A program made the position numbers and the translations under genes. The notes below the pieces were generated by a model. The model searched no databases. It was not told the origin of the DNA and saw only the letters and a list, made by a program, of their open reading frames with translations. Shown here piece after piece: positions 28,701 through 37,933 of a stretch of DNA of 64,000 nucleotides (position 1 is the first letter of the stretch; each line of letters starts with the position of its first letter). The stretch is taken from the sequence record OK040170.1. One strand, written 5' to 3'.

Positions 28701-31700
28701 AAGCGCCAACCATTTAGGCAAGTCTTTGATCCAACCTGCGAATTTACCCAGACCAGAACGAATGCCGCCAATAGCAGCACCGATACCAGACAGAGCCATC
28801 CAGATAAGTTTAGACCAGCCGCCCTCAGTCTTAGCAGCAACCTTCTCAGCTTTGGCTACGTCTGCAGCTTTCCCGCCGTTATCTTTCAAACGGTTTAACC
28901 AACTACCTGCACGAGCACTTAAACGTTCTCTGATGTCATTAGCACGATCGATAGAGTTCTTACCGACATTACGTGCCCAACCGGTCAGTTTGGAAAGCGC
29001 ACCTTGACCACCGCTACGCAGATCCTCTACGCTATCACCCAACCCTTCCAACGGATTCTGTCCAGTGAATTGGTTAGCTAACAGACGATAGATACGTTTC
29101 AGCCAGAAGGTTTGTTTATCGGTACCTTTACCGCCACGACGACCAATGCCAGTAATTGCACCCAGGGCATTACCTGCCATGTTTACAACACCGTTAGCCG
29201 CTCTCCATGGAAGACTCAGGAGATCTTTACCGATACGGAACGCAGTACCAACACCGCCGGTAATTAACGCCCCTACGGTACCGTAGCCGCTACGGATAGG
29301 TTTACCTGAACGATCTACAATCCCCTTCTCGCGAATCTCGCTATCGAGCAGTACAGGACGCAATTGACGGGTAGTAGGATCCATCTCACCGATGTCGCCA
29401 ACAATGTCCCTTGGACTACGAACAATCTTGCCTGTAGCGATTTGATAGTATTCACCAGCATTCAGCTTAGAGCTGTAAAGCCGGGGAGCCTTCTCACCTG
29501 CTACGTAAACATCAGGCATTCTGCTCAGCAGTCGTTTGGCCGTATTAAGGAAACCGCGCGCAACACCAGTAGCCATCCTGAAAGGAACACCTGTTGCGTT
29601 GTGGATACCGGCAACTACTTTACCTACTGTACCAAAGATATTGGCAGAGAGGCGTTTACCGTCCTTATTGAACAGACCTTGTTTGACATCGTCTGCACTC
29701 AGAACTTGTGTTTGCTCAACGGTATCAAATACCGGACCGGTGATATCCTTAATAGAGGAAATAACTTTACCGGAGTTCTGATCAATGTACCGACCAGTCC
29801 CGAAGCCTTCCTTACTGATGACCTTTTTAAATCCTTGAGCACCTTGGATGTAAACGTCACTGAACCGATCACGAGCACGACCAATTACACCAGTCAATCC
29901 ACCGGTGAGAACGTTCATGGCAGTACGACCTACCGCCATAGCAGGAGAGATCGATTTGCGCAGAGCGGCATTGAATGCACGGAAAGGTAATCCAGTAGCG
30001 TTCCATACTGCTTTATGCCCACGCCATGCTGTGCTAAGAGCACGTCTCCACCAAGGACCGCGAGCAGCACTTGAAGTAGAGGAGCCCGTACCTTCTCCAC
30101 CACCGCCTGAACCACCACCCATACCGCCAGCGGCGATGATAGACCGGATAGCTTCAACGTTGTCAGCCAACGAACCTACAGCGTGATGCGTGAACTCTTG
30201 TTGGATACCCAACTGAGCCAACAACTTAGCCGTTTGTTCTTCAATGGCAGAAACTACCCCGTTACCTTTCTCAGCTTGTCGACGACGAGTGAGGTCAAGT
30301 ATCGAATTGTTGTCAACCCGAGCAGAATAGTTAATAGAACTAGGTCCAGGATAATTACGAAGCTGGCTAAAACGAGCAGCACCAAGAGGCCCAGTGTTTC
30401 CAGAAAGCAACGACGAAATAGATGGAGCTTGTGACGGAGATCCTGATAAACCGCCTTCACCATTTTCAACCCCTTCATTATCAGTACGATTACCGTAGTA
30501 GTCAGGATTGATATCCCAACGACCGTTACGGAACTTAACTGCGCCTGTTGCAATTAATGCTTCGATTCCACCGGTACTCGCCAACGCATGTGCACGATTA
30601 TAAATCCCAACGGTTTGGTTTGAACCGTAGTTGAATAACCCAGCATCACGGTTAAGGTTTTGGTTACGACCAGAGAAGATGTTAGTCGAATAACGACCAT
30701 CATTACCCTGAGTCATCCCGTAGCGCTCTACGAGGAGTTTACGCCACGTATCCTTATCGGCTTCGGACATACCGGAAACGTTTAAGTTCATGAGCTTGTT
30801 AGGGTTGAACGCAGCACTGGTTCTGCCCCGACGCATCAGCTCACGAATAATAGCGTCCCTACCTTGAGGACTCAACGAATCGTTAGGGTCAATCGACTTC
30901 AATAAAGAAGACATGGTACGACGCTGACGTTCGATCTCATCTTTACCGATGAGAGAATTATGCGTGTCTTCTACGGACTCGTTAAATGTCGTGAATGTAC
31001 CACGTTGTTGATTGTAAACGACGCGAGGAGTATTTTTATCTCCAGTACGGATACCATCGATACTATGTAATATCCGCGAGAGGTAGCCTGGAATAATCTC
31101 TTCCAGAGCACGGAGTTTACGATCTTCAAAACCGATCGCACTATCCTTCAGTCCATTGAGTCCAGTTGCTCTTACGGTTCCCTGGTCACGGTACCCTGAA
31201 CGCAATACGTCTTTCAGGAGATTCGTTACCGGGGAATGCCAACGGCCGTATGATTGACCGCTACTACCGTATTCGGAAAGCAGACGTTCACGGTTATTGA
31301 AGAGATAGTTAGCCTGCTGGAATATGCCGTCTGTCCTTTTAAGGAAACGGTTATTACGAACACGACGACCTAACCAACGGCCACCACGCAGAGCTGCTTG
31401 GTTACCGACCGCACCTGCTGCGAATTCCAATGGATCAATACCCATGGACTCCAACAGCTCACGCTGCATCTCCATCCCTTCCAGACCGCTGTTAGCAGTC
31501 TCTAAACCATATTGGAAGTTTTGGATCTGACGAGATACCGCGCTCTTAGCACGGTTAGTGATGTTGGTGCGGTAGTTACGTGTCCACTCACCAATGGTCT
31601 GGTTGATCTTGCCAAAGACACCTTCACGCGCATAACGCATGTACTCTTCACTCTGACGTTGTTTAACAACTTCAGGTAAGCCGGTGTTCTTGACTACGTC

Positions 31701-32438
31701 ACGTAACAGGTTAGACGTTTCAATCGCAGACTTCTGCGCTACGTCCAATGTCGCACGAGAAACCATGAGCTGACGAATACGGAGCTCTAACGATTTCTTT
31801 TGATACGCACGCTGGACATTGAATGTATACGCGGTTTGTTTACTGAGTTCGTTCTGGATACCGAAAAGGCTATCCGCAACTACTTGACGATATTTCAGTT
31901 CACTGAGACGATCAATTGTCTTATCCGCTTGATCTTGTAAGCGATCGTTTTCCTGGTTAGCGAAAACTTCTTCCAAGACACGAGAAGCAACAGCATCTTC
32001 TACGTTAATGTTATTTAGCGAATAAGGGTTCTGTTTATTCTCCTGTCCCCATTTAGCCAAGCGCTTGTTGAATGGGTTCTTAGGGAACAATCGGTTTAGT
32101 GACCGAGCAGCAGCTTTGAATTCACGTACAGCAGGCCCTGCTTCTCTTCGTACGTCGGTCAGTAATTCTTTGGTACCTAACGCCGCACGGTCTGCGTTTT
32201 CCAAAGTGACTGAGAAAGAGGGAGGTAACGCACCTTTGAGGATTTCCCTCGCCATGGTAGTCGTTAGCGTACTCTTACCCATTTCGCGAAGTACAGTTTT
32301 ACCTACGCGAATTGTCGGGTTACGATCCCTGCTTTTATTGTCAGGCTGCAGGTCATTATAGTTGAGGTCATTGCCCCAACTTTCCTCGAAGTCGTATTCG
32401 TTAGCACGACCGAGATCAACCTTTTCTTTTTTAGCCAT
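25797..32438 (-). CDS. Tail tape measure protein with lytic transglycosylase (SLT) domain (phiKZ gp181-like)
   Basis: 2213 aa; Gly/Ala/Arg-rich helical repeats; SLT motifs AQESRFNPAAKN...AAGFGQF...YAAHFLG near the C-terminus. Confidence 0.92.
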   Translation of the reverse strand: MAKKEKVDLGRANEYDFEESWGNDLNYNDLQPDNKSRDRNPTIRVGKTVLREMGKSTLTTTMAREILKGALPPSFSVTLENADRAALGTKELLTDVRREAGPAVREFKAAARSLNRLFPKNPFNKRLAKWGQENKQNPYSLNNINVEDAVASRVLEEVFANQENDRLQDQADKTIDRLSELKYRQVVADSLFGIQNELSKQTAYTFNVQRAYQKKSLELRIRQLMVSRATLDVAQKSAIETSNLLRDVVKNTGLPEVVKQRQSEEYMRYAREGVFGKINQTIGEWTRNYRTNITNRAKSAVSRQIQNFQYGLETANSGLEGMEMQRELLESMGIDPLEFAAGAVGNQAALRGGRWLGRRVRNNRFLKRTDGIFQQANYLFNNRERLLSEYGSSGQSYGRWHSPVTNLLKDVLRSGYRDQGTVRATGLNGLKDSAIGFEDRKLRALEEIIPGYLSRILHSIDGIRTGDKNTPRVVYNQQRGTFTTFNESVEDTHNSLIGKDEIERQRRTMSSLLKSIDPNDSLSPQGRDAIIRELMRRGRTSAAFNPNKLMNLNVSGMSEADKDTWRKLLVERYGMTQGNDGRYSTNIFSGRNQNLNRDAGLFNYGSNQTVGIYNRAHALASTGGIEALIATGAVKFRNGRWDINPDYYGNRTDNEGVENGEGGLSGSPSQAPSISSLLSGNTGPLGAARFSQLRNYPGPSSINYSARVDNNSILDLTRRRQAEKGNGVVSAIEEQTAKLLAQLGIQQEFTHHAVGSLADNVEAIRSIIAAGGMGGGSGGGGEGTGSSTSSAARGPWWRRALSTAWRGHKAVWNATGLPFRAFNAALRKSISPAMAVGRTAMNVLTGGLTGVIGRARDRFSDVYIQGAQGFKKVISKEGFGTGRYIDQNSGKVISSIKDITGPVFDTVEQTQVLSADDVKQGLFNKDGKRLSANIFGTVGKVVAGIHNATGVPFRMATGVARGFLNTAKRLLSRMPDVYVAGEKAPRLYSSKLNAGEYYQIATGKIVRSPRDIVGDIGEMDPTTRQLRPVLLDSEIREKGIVDRSGKPIRSGYGTVGALITGGVGTAFRIGKDLLSLPWRAANGVVNMAGNALGAITGIGRRGGKGTDKQTFWLKRIYRLLANQFTGQNPLEGLGDSVEDLRSGGQGALSKLTGWARNVGKNSIDRANDIRERLSARAGSWLNRLKDNGGKAADVAKAEKVAAKTEGGWSKLIWMALSGIGAAIGGIRSGLGKFAGWIKDLPKWLALRKGADALGDIGDLAGGGRKGGILRRGGRLLGKVGRLAGRGALAAGRFALGGAGTVLRMGAAALGGLVSAPGLAIAAAVAGTGYLIYKGWQMYSNRMTPLRDYRIAQYGADVNDGESRGKILALEEAVLKKTTVMPNGGVRIGSLEFESLLESFGIELQNQRQVVEWMRWYNKRFVPVFSKNLTVLRKMDPKAKLTDADFLEPGQRPQFARETFIESSGENSPYNISASPFPGKRSVVGSGYPAKYRDIVIEKYSQQEKAYQSKKSVDQAKSTFATKPITPVQNALRNMQQQDDRAINPSTDLFYSPGDKVSIPGGITGNVQQDEMIQISNRIDDLSSIRVKTYGLNQLVKEEVNLLLVMESELIKQVQYNAKFQATFNGDMDKTFALWAPRFGINTADKEAKTNWMTWFQHRFLPAFLNFCAQAKKISPQTSPIDSWKTLKSSDLLKIANFLVGAKTEFNGNTYSVWQVLASPWPGRRMNADSSSVNDNLDSLRDQSKKEVYQEKVRTQKEIDKTTFDGKKLDDTKTGQAIKMALQNQIAVSGKYSGSAQGGNTNSYSTSYGTTGTSFENAGTSGIYGNELQHGAGTGGSVNDLPQSQGRGWAENRDLIVAAARMVGVDAGALAAMVAQESRFNPAAKNPKSSAAGFGQFIDSTWKEILPTLVKKYGVNPNATQMDPRANMLATAEYMRKNQEALGSIGRPLTAEDLYAAHFLGTGGARKMLSKSDDTDIRQAMTDYDKVSKANPEIFNGVRTVGDFRRSLSGYLNRNGGQYVDEANALSNRAASEAGDRNVGGTPTTPALPAETPTTPGATASTPTPFDPKGALPKGSTLGTANFTGSTDTVPTITAPSTVAPEIAAAQDQRNESRELQRSSVTRRQEVVREKTKSEMSSVDFMKDSLTYQKLTSENTTGILNALLKHLKGSKTQGEDIPANSKNSDTDDLLRRTSTSGGMPEKTGGLPFDTRVTR

Positions 32439-32482
32439 TACACTACCTTTATTAACTAAAGTTTGAGAGGAGCACGTTTACC

Positions 32483-34120
32483 ATGCGTCTCAATGAAATG
32501 CCTTTTAACATTTTCATTATGGACGTTACTCCAGAACTTATTCGTTCCATGCGAGCAACGACCACAACTGAAATTTTCGAAACGGGCACACGTAACTTCA
32601 ACCGGGACGGTTTGTTTAGCGTAGAGACTTACGGTACGCTAGGTAGCCCAGAACGTGACGGAAGATTCAGCTATATTAATTTAAACACGTCCATTTTCCA
32701 CCCTTTGATTTACAAACGTTTGGGGACATTGAAACGTCTCTATACCGAAATTATCGAAGGTACTCGTTACGCGATATTTGACGAAGAGAAAAAAGACTTC
32801 ATCCCAGCCGATGAGACGGTTGGTGAAACAGGCTTTGCTTTCTTCGTTAAACATTTCCCTAACCTCGTTATAGAGGAAGGCGATTCTGAGATCCGTAACC
32901 TTCGCGTTCGCTTGATTAACGAAAACCGTAATAAAGCAATGCTCGAACGCATCTTGGTGATGCCGGCAGGTTTACGTGACCTGATTGTTGAACCGGGCAC
33001 AGGAAGAACCTCAGAAGACGAGATCAACAAATTCTACCGTGCAATGATTTCCATCGCTAACGGTATCTCCGGTTCATCCACCAACCGCAATGACCCAATC
33101 ATCAACTATTCTCGTCTGAGTTTACAACGTAACTTCAACGAGATCTTTGAGTACGTCTTTAACATGATTAAAGGCAAGAAGGGGTTTGCGTTGTCCAAGT
33201 GGGCATCTCGTAAAATCCTGAACGGTACCGCTAACGTAATCACGCCGATGAACGTAGGTACTGATCGCCTGGGCTCTAACCGTACTCCAGTCATCAACGA
33301 CGTCCAGCTCGGTCTGTATCAAGTAATTAAAGCAGTACTTCCTAAGACACGTTACTTCATTCGTAACGGTTGGGTTGGCCAGGTATTCTCCGGTAACACC
33401 GAAGATGAAGTTCGCTTGACCGATCCTAAGACACTGCGCGCAGTATTCGTAAAACCTTCTCCAGAGTCCGTCACTCGTTGGACGACTAAAGAGGGTATCG
33501 ATGCAGAGATTACCCGGTACAAGATCCTAGGTTTCCGTCAGCGTCCAATTATGGTCGATGGCTACTACCTTGGTCTGCTTTATGCTGGCCCACAAGGTTG
33601 GCGTTTCTTTGCAGATATTAATGAGCTGCCTCAAGGGTTCGACAAAAAGTATGTCTACCCTATTAACATGACCTCTCTTTATTATCTGAGCGGTTATCGT
33701 GAGTGGCACAAAATGGCCGGTATCGTTACCCGTTATCCGGTAACTGGCCCAGGCTCTACTTACATAGGAAACATCTATTGTAAGACAACTCAGAAGACGC
33801 AATCTCTCCCTGAGTTGGACGAAAGTTGGCATCGCCTTGGTCCGGACTTCATTGCCAATGAGTTCCCAGACCAGTCGCAAAAAGCGACTCACTATATGAC
33901 CCTCAGTCCACACCCGTCACGTATCGCCCCGCTGGGCGCGGACTATGACGGTGACCGTTGTACTTTCACTGCAGTGTACGGTCGTGATTCTCTGGAAGAG
34001 TACGAACTCATCAAGAGTAAGAAAGAGTGGTACGTATCTGCTCGAGGTAGCCTGGCACTTTCTGCTGACGTAGATAACCTCGACTTGGTACTCCGTAATA
34101 TCACTGGCGGGCCGAAATAA
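32483..34120 (+). CDS. rpoC: Virion RNA polymerase beta' subunit, N-terminal part (phiKZ gp180-like)
   Basis: DGLFS..YG, VMPAGLRD, RYP and catalytic ADYDGD (NADFDGD equivalent). Confidence 0.93.
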   Translation: MRLNEMPFNIFIMDVTPELIRSMRATTTTEIFETGTRNFNRDGLFSVETYGTLGSPERDGRFSYINLNTSIFHPLIYKRLGTLKRLYTEIIEGTRYAIFDEEKKDFIPADETVGETGFAFFVKHFPNLVIEEGDSEIRNLRVRLINENRNKAMLERILVMPAGLRDLIVEPGTGRTSEDEINKFYRAMISIANGISGSSTNRNDPIINYSRLSLQRNFNEIFEYVFNMIKGKKGFALSKWASRKILNGTANVITPMNVGTDRLGSNRTPVINDVQLGLYQVIKAVLPKTRYFIRNGWVGQVFSGNTEDEVRLTDPKTLRAVFVKPSPESVTRWTTKEGIDAEITRYKILGFRQRPIMVDGYYLGLLYAGPQGWRFFADINELPQGFDKKYVYPINMTSLYYLSGYREWHKMAGIVTRYPVTGPGSTYIGNIYCKTTQKTQSLPELDESWHRLGPDFIANEFPDQSQKATHYMTLSPHPSRIAPLGADYDGDRCTFTAVYGRDSLEEYELIKSKKEWYVSARGSLALSADVDNLDLVLRNITGGPK

Positions 34121-34149
34121 ATTAATTACTCTTAGGAGTGTCTCTGACA

Positions 34150-37100
34150 ATGAGTAACATTACTTATCCCGAACTCTATCAACGATTCGGTATACGTTCT
34201 ACTTCGGGGTTAACTACCCCGAAACTGTTTAATCTGGAGAACTTCAAACTCCCTCGTGGAGCGATCGTTCACTACCTGCCTCAGTCGGTTTCCGATTTAG
34301 GCCCGGACGATCAGTTCTTCCCGATTATCAATGAACGTCTTCGTCCCTACGTAGACCAGGTTACCGATATGACCTCCCATGAAGGAGCTCCTCGACGTCG
34401 TGGTGCCTTTAACGTAGAGAACCTGAAGCGCCAGTGGCTGATTCGTAATCGTCGCTACAGACGCGTTACAGACATCGCCAGAGCGTTAGACGATCGTCAA
34501 ACTGCAATCGTTGTTAACTACGCTTTGATCCCGATGCAATGGAAATACCAACCGGTCCCAATGGCCCGCTGGTTCCGTTTCCAAAACCTGATGAAGACGT
34601 TCGCTGACCGTGTCAAATATTTCGGTGAACAGTCTAGCCGTCCCCAGTTCCTCTTCCTTACTCTGCCGGATGTATTACCGTCACGTCAATACCTGAACGT
34701 ATCGGTTGAGGCCTACGATGTAATTCAGGATGCCCGTCAGGCTCAGCAAAGTAATCTGCAGAGCCAACAAGGCGATACTATCGCACGGTACTACGATAAC
34801 CTCTATCCGGGTATCATGACTGGCCAGGGTACTGCGTTCTCTAACGAGGCGTTTGATGCCAGTGCGTTAGGTTGGGGCGATGAACCTGCGTTCGAATCCT
34901 TCGATGAATGTTCACTCTCAATGGGTGATGATGATCCGATCGTAGCCGTTGAGTCGATGAACCGTATTCGCCTGGGTTACTTCCAAGATGACGCGTCTCT
35001 GTTCCTTTCTGATCTTTGGAAGTGGATGTCAGAGAACCGCGATGAATCCATCCTGGGTTCCATCCCAAGTAATGCATTGAAGAACCTTAACCTGGTTGTC
35101 ATGCGTAACGGTAAGTTCAGTCTGCTCTCCTTCGATAAACTCGACCAATGGGTTAAGTCTGAAGAGAACGAACGTGGTATCGGTTTCGGTTCAATGTCTC
35201 AGACGATGGATCGCTACTTGCAGAACATCGTAACGACGACTTCGGTATCCGACAAAATCACCGTTGAAGAAGAAGTTGCAGAAACCGGTGAAACGGAAGT
35301 CAGCGACATCAAAGTCCCTGAACCACAACCAGGCGACCCGGATGTAGATGTCAGCGTTGGTGACAAAGGCGAAAGTGACATCGCACGTCTTCGTCGTAGT
35401 GCTCAGCGTGTAACTAAAACTCCTCGTGAGATTTTGGCAACTAAGCGCAGTGAAACGCCAATTCAAAATACCGACGTCACGGCGACCACAAGTTTCCAAC
35501 CCGAGGAAACGACTGTTGTAGTAGACAAGCCTACTCCGGGTAAATCGGAAGAGGAAGTCATCGATACCAACAACCCGTTGATCAAACCGGTTGAAAAACG
35601 TTCCCGTGATCTCCTGAGTAAAGGACTTATCTCGGGTAACGAGTTTAAACGTCACGTACGCCTCGCTAACAGCTTCAAGAGTATCAAAGCACCATTCGGT
35701 GAAGGTACACTGGAAGACTTCATGAAGATCCCTCACGAGCAACTGTGGGACTTTAAAGCGAAAGAGATTCCGGACATCCCTCACGTGGTCGATAAGACCA
35801 TGTTGAAGTCTACCTTACTGAACTACGACCAAGATTACATCAGTAATGTCTTCCAGAAAGATGTTGCAAACATGGTCGTCAGTTTACAGAAGGCAGGTCT
35901 GGCAATTACGGATTATCGCGTCGAGAAGAAATCCGATGCGTTGAACGACCTCTACGACTACACGATTAAAGTCGTGCCGGTCTATGGTAGTCCTTCTACT
36001 ATCCGCTTCCAATTACCGGCAGTGGATAAGAATGGTAAGTATCGCGTGAATGGCACTAAGTACTTCATGCGTAAACTTAAGTTCGATAAACCAATCCGTA
36101 AGATCTCTCCGAGCATCGTGGCGTTGTCTACGTACTACGGTAAACTCTTCGTTGAGCGCTCTTCGCGCGCAAGTGAAGATTTGGGCCATGTCCTCGTTGA
36201 CCTGATCGAAAGGTCTAGTCAGCTCGACGTCCCTACCGTTACCGATTTGGTACTGGGCAATACATTCACGGAAGATCAGGACGTACCGCGCGAATATTCC
36301 GCATTGGCAAAAGAGTTCGTCTCCTTTGTACTGAATGGAATCCTGTTTACATTCGACTACCCTAACCTGGCGAATAACTACACGGAAGACGTCGTAGTGG
36401 CAGCTAAGGCGAAGGGCTGGGTTCCAGTTGGTCGCAAAGGTAAAGAGTTCATCTTCATGAATAATGAAGGTAAGCTCGTCGACGCTAAAGGTAATGTGTT
36501 AGGTTCTATCAACGAGATGTTGGGATTACCTGATGAGAAACTTCCGGTTGAGCAAGTGATCGTTAAGATCATGGGCGAAGAGATTCCGATGGCTGCGATC
36601 CTCATGTATCACATGGGCATCACTAAGTTGATGAACACTCTCCCAGTAAAACCAGAGCGCCGTGTTAAAGGCACTCGCGTCGAACCTGTCCCAGGTACGT
36701 TCGAGTTAGTCTTTGCTGATGAAGTTTGGCGCTTCCCTGTCCACGGTGGTAATAGTAGTCTGATTTGGGCTTCCCTCCAACGTTGGAAGAAATACCTCCG
36801 TAGCTTCTCTGTACAAGAGCTGGACAATCCGGACACCTTTAACCTGCTGTTCGGTATGGCTAACCTGAGTGCGCGTTACGTACGTGAGATCGACAACATC
36901 AATGCGTTGTTCTTAGATCCTATCGCTATTGACGTACTGCGCGATATGAAAGAACCGACCGAGTTGAACGACCTGTTCATCAAGGCAGCTTTCTATCTGG
37001 TGACCGATAACTATCCGAGTGATATTTCCTCAGACGGTTCTCTGTTCCGTGGTTACGAACGTATGCCTGGCGAAGTCTATCGTACTTTGTCCAACGCTTA

Positions 37101-37509
37101 TCGTTCTTACGCCAGTCAGCCTGTTAGTTCCCGTGCAACTATCGATATCCCGCCGTTTGAAGTATTGGCGGCAATCCAACGTGACCCATCCGTCGCCATC
37201 GCTGAGGATTCTAACCCAATCCACAACCTTAAAGAGAAAGAGAACGTAACTTACTCTGGTACAGGCGGTCGGTCTAAACGTGCAATGGTTCGCCGTACTC
37301 GTGCGTTCCATAAATCGGATATCGGTATTCGTGCAGAAGCATCGGTGGATAACGGTGACGTAGGGATTAACACATTCCTTACCGCTAACCCTAACCTGAC
37401 CTCGCTTCGTGGTACAGCAGTTCCAACTGTTGATCCGGATCCGAAGAACGGTGTCGGTAACCTTCTGAGTACGTCAGCGCTCGTAGCTCCATTTGCGACA
37501 TACGACGAT
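34150..37509 (+). CDS. rpoB: Virion RNA polymerase beta subunit N/middle part, exon 1 (phiKZ gp178-like)
   Basis: ATG 34150 with AGGAG RBS; RpoB motifs NPIHNL..K..VT..GTGG, ...APFATYDD; the ORF runs into an in-frame TAG 15 nt inside the intron. Confidence 0.9.
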
Positions 37510-37933
37510 CAATATTTACTTTAGTTCACTAACTGAAGTACGGGTCGCTTCTGGGAGTAACCCCAGTCGAATAACTCTCTTAATTGCGGGAACCCACTAA
37601 AGCCACACTGCTACAACGGAGTTCGAAAGGACAAACGTGAATGCTCTAAAAAGTGTGTGGATGTACAATGGGGAATCGAGTTCGGTAACCAATCCGATCT
37701 TTCGCAGCGAAGCCTCTACCGTATCGTAGATACCACGGGGAACGTTCAACGACTATCGAAACGACATGACACGGATGTGTAGCATGTAACGGAGTAGAGT
37801 AGACCACTCGAGCGAGGGTCGAAATAGAGAGCGCCCTAAAGAATAGGGCGATGATATAGTCTCCTGAACTAGCTAACAGCTAGGGTAGCGGGTAATGCCG
37901 CAGGTGAATTTAGCGAATTCATTGACGACTAGA
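37510..37933 (+). mobile_element. Self-splicing group I intron (IA-like), 424 nt, no internal ORF
   Basis: P element AATTGCGGGAA 37582-37592; Q-like CGCAGC 37703-37708; R GTTCAACGACTAT 37744-37756; S ATGATATAGTCT 37851-37862. P3 CTCTCT/AGAGAG; P7 GACTAT/ATAGTC; P8 CGCCCT/AGGGCG; P2 and P9 hairpins. P1 exon CGAT paired to IGS GTCG with a U-G wobble. Removal restores YDD|PKR (RpoB HDD-ANR). Confidence 0.9.

Noticed and set aside
37895-37933. ATG at 37895 as the start of an independent beta C-terminal gene
   Set aside because: It lies within the intron P9 region with no good RBS; MPQVNLANSLTTR has no RpoB similarity; splicing restores the conserved motif.
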